Shown here: piece by piece, positions 17,629-26,090 of the stretch | Layout of the letters: the number at the start of each line of letters is the position of its first letter | Position numbering within the stretch: position 1 is the first letter of the stretch | Origin: an uncultured Candidatus Saccharibacteria bacterium | GTDB taxonomy: Bacteria > Patescibacteriota > Minisyncoccia > Phycocordibacterales > UBA9973 | DNA: 41,223 bases | Reading direction: 5' to 3' | NCBI GenBank assembly: GCA_964356875.1 | Contig: CAYHIX010000001.1 | Coordinates: 1-41,223, forward strand | Notes under the pieces: model-generated | Databases searched by the model: none | Seen by the model: the letters and a program-made list of their open reading frames with translations, nothing else | What the model was told of the DNA's origin: nothing | Made by a program: the position numbers and the translations under genes

Positions 17629-18618
17629 ATGAGAGAAGTTTTCCCGCTAAAACCACATGATTCTGTAAAGGGAGATCAAAAAGATAAGGTTTTAGATGAA
17701 TTTCCTAAATTTAAAATAGTAAAACAAGAAATAATAAATACTATAGATTCTCATACTGAAGGATTAGACTTAAAAAGAGTCGAAGAATTTATGAGATCTT
17801 ATGAGTTACCTATTCGCGATTACGTCATCTTTGATGAAGATAGCTTAGACGAAAAAAAAGTTTTTGAAATTTTTGAAAAATTTGGCTATAAGTACGACAA
17901 AGAAGCTTATTTAGGGAACTGGCTGGCAATGTGTGACACTAATCTCGACCTGATACTTATTAAAAGGAGAGAAAATTTTGAAAAGTTTAATGGGGGCCGG
18001 GTCACCGAATCCGTACTCGTGCATGAGCTAGCTCATGGTACTAGTGGTTTTTCAAGCTGCATTGTTACCAGTACTGGAGATATACTCGCACCCAGGACAG
18101 GTTTTGCTGTAGGAGATTCTTCAGAGACTACAAAGGGCGCTTTTTTAGAAGAAGGATTTGTGGATATGTTGGCCGGTAAATACAACAAGCAATATATGGA
18201 ACCTGAATTGAGAGACAAAATGCTTCCAATTTTTAGACATAAATACAATGACTATCAATTGACGAGGACAAGATCTGATCTAGTAGATAATATTGAAGTC
18301 GTCTTACCTTTTCCAACTCATTATGCTATTTTTACCAGTGAATATGGTTTTAGTTCTCTAGTATCTGCTCAAGCAGCTTTCGGACTAGAATTACTCTGCG
18401 ATAAGGAGCCTAAATTGTTCGAAACAATGCTCAAAGCTAGAAATGATGTCGAGTATTTACGTAAAATACCACAACTAATAAATAAAATATCCCCCGGACT
18501 CTATTCAGAGCTTCGTAAATTAAAATACACTGAATCAGGTTTTAGCCAAGGTTTATATACTATAATAGAAAAAGTATATGGTGGTAAAATAGGCGATATT
18601 GAAATACGTAAATTTTAA
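17629..18618 (+). CDS. Hypothetical protein with an HExxH zinc-metallopeptidase-like motif
   Basis: 329 aa. VLVHELAHGT is the only recognisable motif. The ORF starts 3 nt after pyrG. Confidence 0.6.
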   Translation: MREVFPLKPHDSVKGDQKDKVLDEFPKFKIVKQEIINTIDSHTEGLDLKRVEEFMRSYELPIRDYVIFDEDSLDEKKVFEIFEKFGYKYDKEAYLGNWLAMCDTNLDLILIKRRENFEKFNGGRVTESVLVHELAHGTSGFSSCIVTSTGDILAPRTGFAVGDSSETTKGAFLEEGFVDMLAGKYNKQYMEPELRDKMLPIFRHKYNDYQLTRTRSDLVDNIEVVLPFPTHYAIFTSEYGFSSLVSAQAAFGLELLCDKEPKLFETMLKARNDVEYLRKIPQLINKISPGLYSELRKLKYTESGFSQGLYTIIEKVYGGKIGDIEIRKF

Positions 18619-18619
18619 A

Positions 18620-19393
18620 CTATCCAGAATTTTCTTCTAAGAAACTTTGTATTTTATTGAGTGGAATAGGGAAGTCTACTGCGCCCAATACTCCTGGACC
18701 TATTTCATAATGATCAAAATATAAAGTTAAGTTTTCTTTATCTATAGACCAGTCATGGAGAGAATCAAATGTGATATTATCTACTTCATCTTCCCATACC
18801 ACCGGACCAGAAACGTCTTCTGGGATCCAGTTTTTTAATTCATTCTTTAAGAAATCTGTAAAGTTTTTCTGTTCCGTTGGTTTTATAATACTTGCAAGAG
18901 TTATGATCTCTCCTGCTTCCTTCGATGCATTAAATGCTGTATAAACACTATTACCATGTGCTCCGCCAGTATAATAATACTCAGACAATACTATCGAGTG
19001 GTTTTTGTCACTCTGTATTTCTTTTGCGTTTATATCTATGCTGTATTTTGCAGATTGGGTGTCCTCTCCAAATTCTTTGCGAATATCGGGGACATCTATG
19101 TCAGCTTGTTTCTTGAATTCATTTATCGTCTTATCTATATAAGCTTGGGTGGTTATTGCAAGTGCATTGTTTCCAGACACAGTCGAGACTTTACCACTAA
19201 AGTTTTCTTCTTTGATTTCTTTGCTGGTGATCGATATAGTAATTTCTTTATTGGCTTGCTCTTCCATCCAGTTTTCTATATTTGCTGGCACATTATCCCT
19301 GGAGCTTTGTTTCTTTAAAAACAAACCGAGAGCTACAAGTATGAGTAATATCAGGATATAGAATATTAATTTACTTTTTTGTTTCTTTGCCAT
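18620..19393 (-). CDS. Membrane-anchored DUF3298/DUF4163-like (RsiV ectodomain-like) protein
   Basis: 257 aa with an N-terminal TM. The YYYTGGAHG motif is characteristic of DUF3298. Confidence 0.72.
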   Translation of the reverse strand: MAKKQKSKLIFYILILLILVALGLFLKKQSSRDNVPANIENWMEEQANKEITISITSKEIKEENFSGKVSTVSGNNALAITTQAYIDKTINEFKKQADIDVPDIRKEFGEDTQSAKYSIDINAKEIQSDKNHSIVLSEYYYTGGAHGNSVYTAFNASKEAGEIITLASIIKPTEQKNFTDFLKNELKNWIPEDVSGPVVWEDEVDNITFDSLHDWSIDKENLTLYFDHYEIGPGVLGAVDFPIPLNKIQSFLEENSG

Positions 19394-19395
19394 AT

Positions 19396-19932
19396 TTATA
19401 CTCTGACTTCTTTAAAGGTAATATTTGTAGGTATTTTGAACTTTGCTTCGTCTACCACCCATGCTTCACAATTATAGTCTCCTATTTGTTCTGCGTTCCA
19501 TGTGTAAGTAGAAGACGCTTTAGCTTCTGCAGATGTATCTGGTGTAGCCATTTTTACTTTTACTCCCATATTTGGTAGGGCAGAAGACCAGCTATATGTG
19601 TATCCATCCATCATCACAAAACTACTTGTGATATTCATACCTTCAGCTATGGTGCTGTATTCTCCACTTATCTTTGCTCCGTTTATATAGATAGTTCCGC
19701 TATTTTCAAAATCACTAAGTGACTGCGTGACATCACACTTATACGCACCGCCTTGTTTTATAAATTCACTAAAAGCCATTTTCTTGCCAGTTACTTCTGG
19801 CGTTTCTGTAGTATTACTTACTTCAGTATTTAAGACGGGAGTAGTTTCAGGGCGTTTGCCTTTGTTTACTATAAAGTATACTCCTAATATAACTGCCACT
19901 AAAATAACGAATGAAATTATTGTTTTTTGCAT
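19396..19932 (-). CDS. Membrane-anchored hypothetical protein
   Basis: The ORF is open to 19986, but ATG 19932 (MQKTIISFVILVAVILGVYFIV) gives a normal N-terminal anchor. A TGtTATAAT element lies at 19969..19961. Confidence 0.6.
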   Translation of the reverse strand: MQKTIISFVILVAVILGVYFIVNKGKRPETTPVLNTEVSNTTETPEVTGKKMAFSEFIKQGGAYKCDVTQSLSDFENSGTIYINGAKISGEYSTIAEGMNITSSFVMMDGYTYSWSSALPNMGVKVKMATPDTSAEAKASSTYTWNAEQIGDYNCEAWVVDEAKFKIPTNITFKEVRV

Positions 19933-19998
19933 AAAAATATTGTTAAAGTTTAATCTGTTCATTATAACACATACATGGTTATACATTAGTGGATATGA

Positions 19999-20007
19999 TG
20001 ATATAAT
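19999..20007 (+). promoter_or_regulatory. Extended -10 (TGaTATAAT), 6 nt upstream of ATG 20014
   Basis: Read directly from the sequence. Confidence 0.5.
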
Positions 20008-20013
20008 ACTAAT

Positions 20014-20568
20014 ATGAACACAAAAAACATTGTATTTATCATATTATTACTCATTATTGCCGGAGCGGTTTGGTTTGGTGTTTCTAAGAAATCTCAAAAT
20101 CAAAACGCGCAGATTTTATCATTTGAGGATTGCGTAAAAGCAGGCATGCCTGTACTCGAGAGCTATCCTAGGCAGTGTAAGACACAAGATGGTAGGACAT
20201 ATGCGGAAGAAACAATGCCGACTATTACTTACACAAATTCTTCAGCAGACTTGATCACCGTAGAGCTTCCTTTCCCGGGAGCAGTGACTGGTAAAGAATT
20301 TAGTGTGATAGGTAAAGCGCGCGGATACTGGTTCTTCGAAGCATCTTTTCCAATAGAACTTCTTGATAAAGATGGCAACTTACTTGATACAGGTATCGCC
20401 CAAGCAGAAGGTGAATGGATGACTGAAGAATTTGTACCATTTAAGACAGACATCACTGCACCAGCAGCATACATCGGGCCTGCGACTCTTGTCCTTAAAA
20501 AAGACAATCCATCAGGCGAACCCGCAAATGACGCATCTATTTCTTTCCCGATTACTATAGAGTACTAG
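20014..20568 (+). CDS. Membrane-anchored protein with a Gmad2-type immunoglobulin-like domain
   Basis: 184 aa with an N-terminal TM and a Cys-pair module (FEDCVKAG...PRQCKTQDGRTY). FSVIGKARGYWFFEASFPIELLDKDGNLL...EGEWMTEEFVPF is typical of Gmad2. Confidence 0.7.
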   Translation: MNTKNIVFIILLLIIAGAVWFGVSKKSQNQNAQILSFEDCVKAGMPVLESYPRQCKTQDGRTYAEETMPTITYTNSSADLITVELPFPGAVTGKEFSVIGKARGYWFFEASFPIELLDKDGNLLDTGIAQAEGEWMTEEFVPFKTDITAPAAYIGPATLVLKKDNPSGEPANDASISFPITIEY

Positions 20569-20935
20569 GCACATCTTTACCCAAATATTCTTTGAGCTGA
20601 TCTTTGTTTACCCATTTTATTTTCTGTATTTCAAAGCTCTGCTTTATATCTAAGTCTTTTACAGTGACTAGGAAAATGTCCGCTGTATGTGGTATCCACA
20701 TAGTAGTGTAATCAGTTTTATATAAAAATTTTATAGAGATTATATTCTCATCTTTTATGTTGAGTTCTTCTGCGAGCTCTCGCCTTAGTGCCAACTCGGG
20801 GGATTCGTCTTTGTGTATGCCACCTCCAGCGAGGCTATAGACAGATGAAAAGAATAAGTGCTTTACAATCAAGTAAAGATTTGTTTCAGGATCAAATATA
20901 AAAGCTCTCGCGACTTTACGTTTCCATAGTTTCAT
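20555..20935 (-). CDS. NUDIX hydrolase
   Basis: 126 aa with the Nudix box GGGIHKDESPELALRRELAEELNI. Confidence 0.85.
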   Translation of the reverse strand: MKLWKRKVARAFIFDPETNLYLIVKHLFFSSVYSLAGGGIHKDESPELALRRELAEELNIKDENIISIKFLYKTDYTTMWIPHTADIFLVTVKDLDIKQSFEIQKIKWVNKDQLKEYLGKDVPSTL

Positions 20936-20941
20936 ATATTT

Positions 20942-20950
20942 AGTATAACA
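20942..20950 (-). promoter_or_regulatory. Extended -10 (TGtTATACT), 6 nt upstream of the NUDIX ATG 20935
   Basis: Minus-strand reading of 20950..20942. Confidence 0.45.
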
Positions 20951-21102
20951 GAAATAAAATCTTTATATTCTAACCAAAATATGTTAAGTTTAGGGCATTG
21001 GAGGTTTGGATTTGGATACGTCGAAGGGGTGGGAATAAAAATAAAACTGCTTTTATTTTTATCTGGTTCTGCAAGAAATTGCTATTGTTTTATGGGTAAA
21101 GC

Positions 21103-21173
21103 TGGGAGATCGTCTAATGGTAGGACATATCCCTCTGGAGGATATTATCTTGGTTCGAGTCCAAGTCTCCCAG
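21103..21173 (+). tRNA. tRNA-Gln, anticodon CUG
   Basis: Acceptor TGGGAGA/TCTCCCA (U1-A72 as in bacterial tRNA-Gln), D arm GTCT-AATGGTA-GGAC, anticodon arm TATCC-CTCTGGA-GGATA, 4-nt variable loop, T arm CTTGG-TTCGAGT-CCAAG, discriminator G. Confidence 0.85.
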
Positions 21174-21251
21174 CTTTGGCTGGAAAACTAGCAATAAGGA
21201 AAGTAATCTGGAGGACTCGAATTCTAATCTTTTAGTGATTTGTTTCTGATT

Positions 21252-21260
21252 TGTTATAAT
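21252..21260 (+). promoter_or_regulatory. Extended -10 (TGtTATAAT), 6 nt upstream of ATG 21267
   Basis: Read directly from the sequence. Supports 21267 rather than 21240 as the start. Confidence 0.45.
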
Positions 21261-21266
21261 AATAAA

Positions 21267-21572
21267 ATGGACACACATAAATTCATAGGGACAACTGACA
21301 TAGGCTACATAGGCAGCTACTTTCCTTTTGGTGAATTAGAAGTAAGTCAGGACTACTTATTTATCCGTGATAGATTATTAAGAAAAGAATACAAACTTTC
21401 AAAGGAGGATGTTGTTAAAATTCAAACCAGTGGGTTGTTTTCACTTACTCAATACGCTTTAGAAATTCAACACAAAAATAAAAATTATAAATACAACAGA
21501 GTGCATTTTTGGTATTGGATTTTTAGGTTTGATAAATTATTGACTGCTTTAAAAAAATTTGGTTGGATATAG
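21267..21572 (+). CDS. Hypothetical small cytoplasmic protein
   Basis: ORF open from 21240. ATG 21267 (MDTHKFIG...) is preferred from promoter spacing. Confidence 0.5.
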   Translation: MDTHKFIGTTDIGYIGSYFPFGELEVSQDYLFIRDRLLRKEYKLSKEDVVKIQTSGLFSLTQYALEIQHKNKNYKYNRVHFWYWIFRFDKLLTALKKFGWI

Positions 21573-21628
21573 TATTTTTCTTCTTTTTCATTAGTCATAT
21601 TTTATCTAAACAATTTATAATAAAAAGG

Positions 21629-22405
21629 ATGAAAGAATTTTTCGTTTTTGGTCTAAAAGAAGCACGGGCGGCGATATTTGCAGGGTCATTTTTCTTGCTT
21701 CTTTTTTTATCAAACCACATTCCACTTTTTGGGCTCGCGAGATATGATTTCCTATTTTTAGCAGCAGTGTTGATACAAGCCATACTTTACTTTACTAAAT
21801 TAGAAACCAAAGACGAGCTAAAAGTCATATTCTTGTTCCATATCATAGGACTCGTATTAGAGCTTTACAAAACGAGTCCTGGGGTGGGCTCTTGGAGTTA
21901 TCCGGAAGACGGCATATTGAAAATAGCCACCGTGCCTTTATATAGTGGGTTTATGTATGCTGCAGTAGGTAGCTATATCAGCCAAGCTTGGAAAATATTT
22001 AAATTAGAGCTCACCCATTACAAGCATTATCTGATAAGTGTCTTTTTGTGTTTTCTTATTTATCTAAACTTTTTTACGAATCATTATATATACGACTTTC
22101 GAATTTTTCTCATTATTGCTGTGTTTGGTTTCTTTTGGAAAGTGAAAGTGTATTTTACGGTGACAAATATTCGTCGTTCGATGCCGCTAAACATCGCTTT
22201 TCTTTTAATCGCTTTCTTTATTTGGATTGCAGAAAATATCTCTACATATCTGGGTGCCTGGAAATATCCTGATCAAATACATACATGGTCTGCTGTTTCT
22301 ACAAGTAAAATAACTTCCTGGTTTTTGATGGTTATCATCAGCTTCATCCTAGTGGCTTATTTAAAACATTTCAAAAAAGATGTGTTAAAGAAGGGTATAG
22401 CTTAG
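21629..22405 (+). CDS. Polytopic membrane protein (DUF817-like by eye)
   Basis: ORF open from 21563. ATG 21629 (MKEFFVFGLKEARAAIFAG) lies 7 nt after TATAAT 21616..21621. About 8 TM segments. Confidence 0.6.
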   Translation: MKEFFVFGLKEARAAIFAGSFFLLLFLSNHIPLFGLARYDFLFLAAVLIQAILYFTKLETKDELKVIFLFHIIGLVLELYKTSPGVGSWSYPEDGILKIATVPLYSGFMYAAVGSYISQAWKIFKLELTHYKHYLISVFLCFLIYLNFFTNHYIYDFRIFLIIAVFGFFWKVKVYFTVTNIRRSMPLNIAFLLIAFFIWIAENISTYLGAWKYPDQIHTWSAVSTSKITSWFLMVIISFILVAYLKHFKKDVLKKGIA

Positions 22406-22423
22406 ACTCAGATTATTTATTTA

Positions 22424-22432
22424 TGATATTAT
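22424..22432 (+). promoter_or_regulatory. Extended -10 (TGaTATTAT), 6 nt upstream of ATG 22439
   Basis: Read directly from the sequence. Confidence 0.45.
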
Positions 22433-22438
22433 TTAAAT

Positions 22439-22930
22439 ATGTACAAGAAAGATAAGGGTGGTTTTTCGTTGATAGAGCTTTTAGTAGTCGTGGCTATTAT
22501 TGGAGTTTTGAGCACAATAGTTTTATCCGCAGTTATTAGTGCTCGTGAAAAAGCTCGAGACGTAAAAAGAAAAGCAGAGATATCAGGTATAGGTAGGCTC
22601 ATCACTGCATCTTGTTATGTGCCGAGCGCCGGAGTGGGTGAGTACGACGTAGCTCTGCTAGTAGCTGAATTTGTGGCAGCTTATCCACAATATGCAAATT
22701 ATGCATCTCAAGTACCGAAAGACCCAAGTGCTTCTGGTGCAGATTCTATGTATTTGTATATTGTAGACTCAAATGGTAAATGCGCCGTATATGCAAATCT
22801 TGAAAATGAAAACGAAAAAGTAACCCTAGCAAATATTTCAACAGCTACTCCAGGTGGAGGCACGGGCGTTTTTACAGGCACGACTGAAGGAGTCAATGGC
22901 TCTAATAAATATTTCCAAGTTTCAAATTAA
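22439..22930 (+). CDS. Type IV pilin / pseudopilin with an N-terminal prepilin methylation motif
   Basis: 163 aa. KGGFSLIELLVVVAIIGVLSTIVL is a class III signal peptide (G|FSLIE) followed by the hydrophobic helix. Confidence 0.85.
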   Translation: MYKKDKGGFSLIELLVVVAIIGVLSTIVLSAVISAREKARDVKRKAEISGIGRLITASCYVPSAGVGEYDVALLVAEFVAAYPQYANYASQVPKDPSASGADSMYLYIVDSNGKCAVYANLENENEKVTLANISTATPGGGTGVFTGTTEGVNGSNKYFQVSN

Positions 22931-22940
22931 TTTATATTTT

Positions 22941-23429
22941 ATGAATTTTGAAAAACAACCAAACCAAGATAAAGATAAAAAGGATGAGTCTAAAGAAATC
23001 GACTGGGAGGAATTATTGAGAGAGCAAGGTATGCCCTCAGAACTACCTACTGAAAAAGAAGTAGCAGCAGAAGCCAAGGTAGACTTGGAGTATATAGACG
23101 AAGGGATAGGTTATGATTCTGAAACGAAGTTAATAATAGAAAAACTTCGAGAGCAGGGTCCGCATGAAATATTTGGAGGTTTTCCAACAGATCCTAAAAA
23201 TTTAGTTTCTATAATTGATACTCTGAAAAAAGAGTGGGTCAAGGAAGGTATCCCTGAAGAAAATATAAAGATAGTCATCCACAAATCATGCGCCAATGGT
23301 TCTGACTGTGTGACCATATTAAATGGGGTTAATGCTTACCATTACAACACAGGTCATATTGTCAGGTATGACAGAGAACAAATAAAATCTATATTATTAA
23401 TAAATGAGATATCTTTTATAGAAAAATAA
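22941..23429 (+). CDS. Hypothetical acidic protein
   Basis: ORF open from 22854 and overlapping the pilin gene. ATG 22941 (MNFEKQPNQ) is the non-overlapping start. Confidence 0.5.
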   Translation: MNFEKQPNQDKDKKDESKEIDWEELLREQGMPSELPTEKEVAAEAKVDLEYIDEGIGYDSETKLIIEKLREQGPHEIFGGFPTDPKNLVSIIDTLKKEWVKEGIPEENIKIVIHKSCANGSDCVTILNGVNAYHYNTGHIVRYDREQIKSILLINEISFIEK

Positions 23430-23439
23430 TTTCCATTTG

Positions 23440-23448
23440 TGGTATAAT
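23440..23448 (+). promoter_or_regulatory. Extended -10 (TGgTATAAT), 7 nt upstream of ATG 23456
   Basis: Read directly from the sequence. Confidence 0.5.
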
Positions 23449-23455
23449 ACATATT

Positions 23456-23617
23456 ATGCAAAAAATTAAAATAGAAAATAATTTGTTTACGGGTGGAGTG
23501 TGGATCATGGCTTGGCTTTTTACTGTAGGCTTTTTAAAGCTTTCTTTTTGGAAAGGAGTTTTAGCCTTAGCTATATGGCCCTATTATCTAGGTATCGCTT
23601 TCTCTATATTTAATTAA
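23456..23617 (+). CDS. 53-aa membrane micro-protein (not in the ORF track), paralog of 29392..29562
   Basis: MQKIKIENNLFTGGVWIMAWLFTVGFLKLSFWKGVLALAIWPYYLGIAFSIFN. The stop is 1 nt before the next ATG. The core WLFTxGFLxLSFWxGVLALxxWPY is shared with the second copy. Confidence 0.65.
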   Translation: MQKIKIENNLFTGGVWIMAWLFTVGFLKLSFWKGVLALAIWPYYLGIAFSIFN

Positions 23618-23618
23618 T

Positions 23619-24170
23619 ATGAAGGCAATAAGGATAATACTTTTAGTACTTATTATTATTGGGCTCGGACTTCTTTTCACGCAAAATTCTTGGGTGCCCA
23701 AGATGGTGGATTTGATTCTTACTTACGAAAAAGGTAAGCCTGTAGATAATGCTATAACAACATACATACCTACGGCTACTGACACAGAGCAAACTTTAGC
23801 TGACGGTAAGTACTGTTTTTCTCATTCTAAAACTGCTACAGATACAGAGCCTTATAACATAAAAGAAGAAATTATTTTAAATATTAATGGTGAAAAAGTA
23901 TTGGGCACAAAGAGTGGCACTCAAAATGGGCCAGACATGACAAATGGATATACAGGCACCCTAGAGGGAATTAAAAAAATAAATAATTTCGAACTTTTGT
24001 ATTCATACACTGTTGAAGGGTCTCAAAATAAAGAACTTGAAATATATGAATTTTCAAATAGTTCACTTTTCAAGAATCGTTACGTCCTTGTAGAAAAAGA
24101 TGGAATACTCATGCCTGATAAGACAAGCGAAGCAAAGATGATCGAATACAAAGAAATTGCATGCTTATAA
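23619..24170 (+). CDS. Membrane-anchored hypothetical protein
   Basis: 183 aa with an N-terminal TM and a beta-rich ectodomain bracketed by Cys residues. Confidence 0.55.
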   Translation: MKAIRIILLVLIIIGLGLLFTQNSWVPKMVDLILTYEKGKPVDNAITTYIPTATDTEQTLADGKYCFSHSKTATDTEPYNIKEEIILNINGEKVLGTKSGTQNGPDMTNGYTGTLEGIKKINNFELLYSYTVEGSQNKELEIYEFSNSSLFKNRYVLVEKDGILMPDKTSEAKMIEYKEIACL

Positions 24171-24176
24171 ATATCT

Positions 24177-24710
24177 ATGATCAATTTTGAAGGAGCAGTA
24201 AATAACATAGAAAAGAAACTAGATTACCCAGCGGAGTTAGAGCAAATGCTAGGGTTGTCTCCTGTGATAGATCAAATAGAAAAAAAGTTTGATGTGTTTG
24301 TGAAAGAAAAAGAAATAGAAAGAAAATCGCAAGGGGAAGAACTACCCAAAGATTCTGAGCTAAGTACGCTCAGTTTGATCAAGCTATTTATTGCTAAAAA
24401 TCATGAATTTATGCAAGAAGTCACAAAGGATACTGCTATATATGGCTTTGATTGCATGTCTATGTCGGTGACAACTTGTCTGCTTGCAAACAGGAAAGGT
24501 TTTAAAGTAAAAATAGGCCGACCTGATAAATTTTCAAGATATTGCCATGCACTTATACTTCGAGGGAACGGTTCTGTGTTTAAGATTACTGGGAAGAGGA
24601 CAGACTACGAAGTAAAAGAAATGTACTTAAAAGATGTACAAAACCGTATAAAATACATAAAGCCAGTCGTAAATTTTGTAAATTCTGTTACCAAGAAATT
24701 AAAAAAGTAG
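24177..24710 (+). CDS. Hypothetical protein with a possible Cys/His (transglutaminase/papain-like) core
   Basis: 177 aa. YGFDCMSMSVTTCLLANRKGFKV...RYCHALIL has the C-x(about 30)-H spacing of transglutaminase-like folds. This is a weak call. Confidence 0.5.
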   Translation: MINFEGAVNNIEKKLDYPAELEQMLGLSPVIDQIEKKFDVFVKEKEIERKSQGEELPKDSELSTLSLIKLFIAKNHEFMQEVTKDTAIYGFDCMSMSVTTCLLANRKGFKVKIGRPDKFSRYCHALILRGNGSVFKITGKRTDYEVKEMYLKDVQNRIKYIKPVVNFVNSVTKKLKK

Positions 24711-24713
24711 TTT

Positions 24714-25241
24714 ATGGGGAAACTTCTAAAGCAGAAAGTTGTAACTGTGAATAATAAAATGCAGAAAGGGTACAAGTATGTACTGACAGAAAAGCCCGGG
24801 CACAATTTTGACCCAAGGTTTAATCCAGAGTTAACCCCTAAAGAAATGCTAAAGCTCGGAGTGTTTGGCGGTAGATACATTCGTGATTGTAGAAAAGAAT
24901 TCCCCGTAGATTGGTTTATAAAAGCCAAATTACATAAAGACGGAGTGCCTGGGCACAATAAAGAGCTCAATTATTTTCAAGTGGATGCTTCGCAGTCTCT
25001 TCTCGTCTGGCAAGAAAAGGGCTGGATAAACTCACAAGATCCGAGGGGGTGGTTTGAATGGTATGCCAGATATTATATGGGAAGGCGTAGCACAGATGAT
25101 GAAAGGCAGATAAAACGCTATCTAGCTATGAGGAGGCATATAGCACAAATAAAGAATAACTGTCGTCCCGGGGATGTGTTTTGCAGGAGGAAACAAAGGC
25201 AGGCTCTACTTCACTGGGCATATGATGCGAGGAAGATGTAG
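24714..25241 (+). CDS. Conserved-looking hypothetical protein
   Basis: 175 aa with distinctive motifs LTPKEMLKLGVFGGRY and DPRGWFEWYARYYMGRRSTDDERQIKRY. The family could not be named. Confidence 0.6.
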   Translation: MGKLLKQKVVTVNNKMQKGYKYVLTEKPGHNFDPRFNPELTPKEMLKLGVFGGRYIRDCRKEFPVDWFIKAKLHKDGVPGHNKELNYFQVDASQSLLVWQEKGWINSQDPRGWFEWYARYYMGRRSTDDERQIKRYLAMRRHIAQIKNNCRPGDVFCRRKQRQALLHWAYDARKM

Positions 25242-25264
25242 CTTGACTTCGATGTTTGCTTCTA

Positions 25265-25273
25265 TGCTATAAT
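25265..25273 (+). promoter_or_regulatory. Extended -10 (TGcTATAAT), 7 nt upstream of ATG 25281; TTGACT at 25243..25248
   Basis: Read directly from the sequence. Confidence 0.5.
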
Positions 25274-25280
25274 ACACCCC

Positions 25281-25496
25281 ATGTTTCAAAACTTTTTACT
25301 TAAAAAAATGCTTCGCACTCAAGGTGTGCCTGAAGCTCAAATAGATATGTTTATAAAAATGATGGAGAAAAATCCAGAGCTTTTTAAGAATATTGCCGAA
25401 GAAATCCAAGTAAAGATAAAAGGTGGTATGGATAAAATGCAAGCTGGGACTGAAGTCATGAAGAAATACGAGGATGAGTTAAAAAAGTTAGTATAG
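25281..25496 (+). CDS. Small helical hypothetical protein
   Basis: 71-aa ORF with leaderless-type promoter spacing. Confidence 0.5.
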   Translation: MFQNFLLKKMLRTQGVPEAQIDMFIKMMEKNPELFKNIAEEIQVKIKGGMDKMQAGTEVMKKYEDELKKLV

Positions 25497-25550
25497 ATTT
25501 TACATTATAGGGATGGTGTAAGAAATGCTATACTTATACGTCTCTTATAT

Positions 25551-26084
25551 ATGAAAATAGATATTGCTTGTACATTTGAAAAAATTTACGCAGAAGAATC
25601 GGATACTATATTTCGATTCTGCGCTATTCGTGTGTCTAATAAAGAGCAGGCATTAGACATAACCCAGGAAACGTTCTTACGACTTTGGCAGACGTTATCG
25701 ACTGGAGAAAAGGTGAAAAATCCAAGGGCATTCCTCTTTCTAGTCGCTCGTCGCCTTATCATAGATTGGTATAGAAAGAAAAAGAGTGTTTCTTTGGAAA
25801 ATATAATGTACAAAGATGGAGAGGTAGCTTATGATCCTGTTGATGAAAAAACAATGGATATTCTAAACATAAAAGCAGAGGGGAGGTTTTTGCTAGAAAG
25901 GATTAATGACCTGTCAGATATTTTTCGTGATCCAGTGCACTTGTCTTTCATAGAAGGCTTGTCGCCAAAAGAAATTGGTGATATTTTAGGCCTGTCAGCA
26001 AATACTGTATCAGTCAGGGTTCATAGAGGGATAGAAGAACTACGAAAAAATACAGGTTATGAGAAAAATAAAAAAACTAAATAA
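25551..26084 (+). CDS. ECF-type sigma-70 family RNA polymerase sigma factor
   Basis: 177 aa with region 2 (ALDITQETFLRLW, LIIDWYRKK) and region 4 HTH (LSPKEIGDILGLSANTVSVRVHRG). Confidence 0.85.
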   Translation: MKIDIACTFEKIYAEESDTIFRFCAIRVSNKEQALDITQETFLRLWQTLSTGEKVKNPRAFLFLVARRLIIDWYRKKKSVSLENIMYKDGEVAYDPVDEKTMDILNIKAEGRFLLERINDLSDIFRDPVHLSFIEGLSPKEIGDILGLSANTVSVRVHRGIEELRKNTGYEKNKKTK

Positions 26085-26090
26085 AATAAT

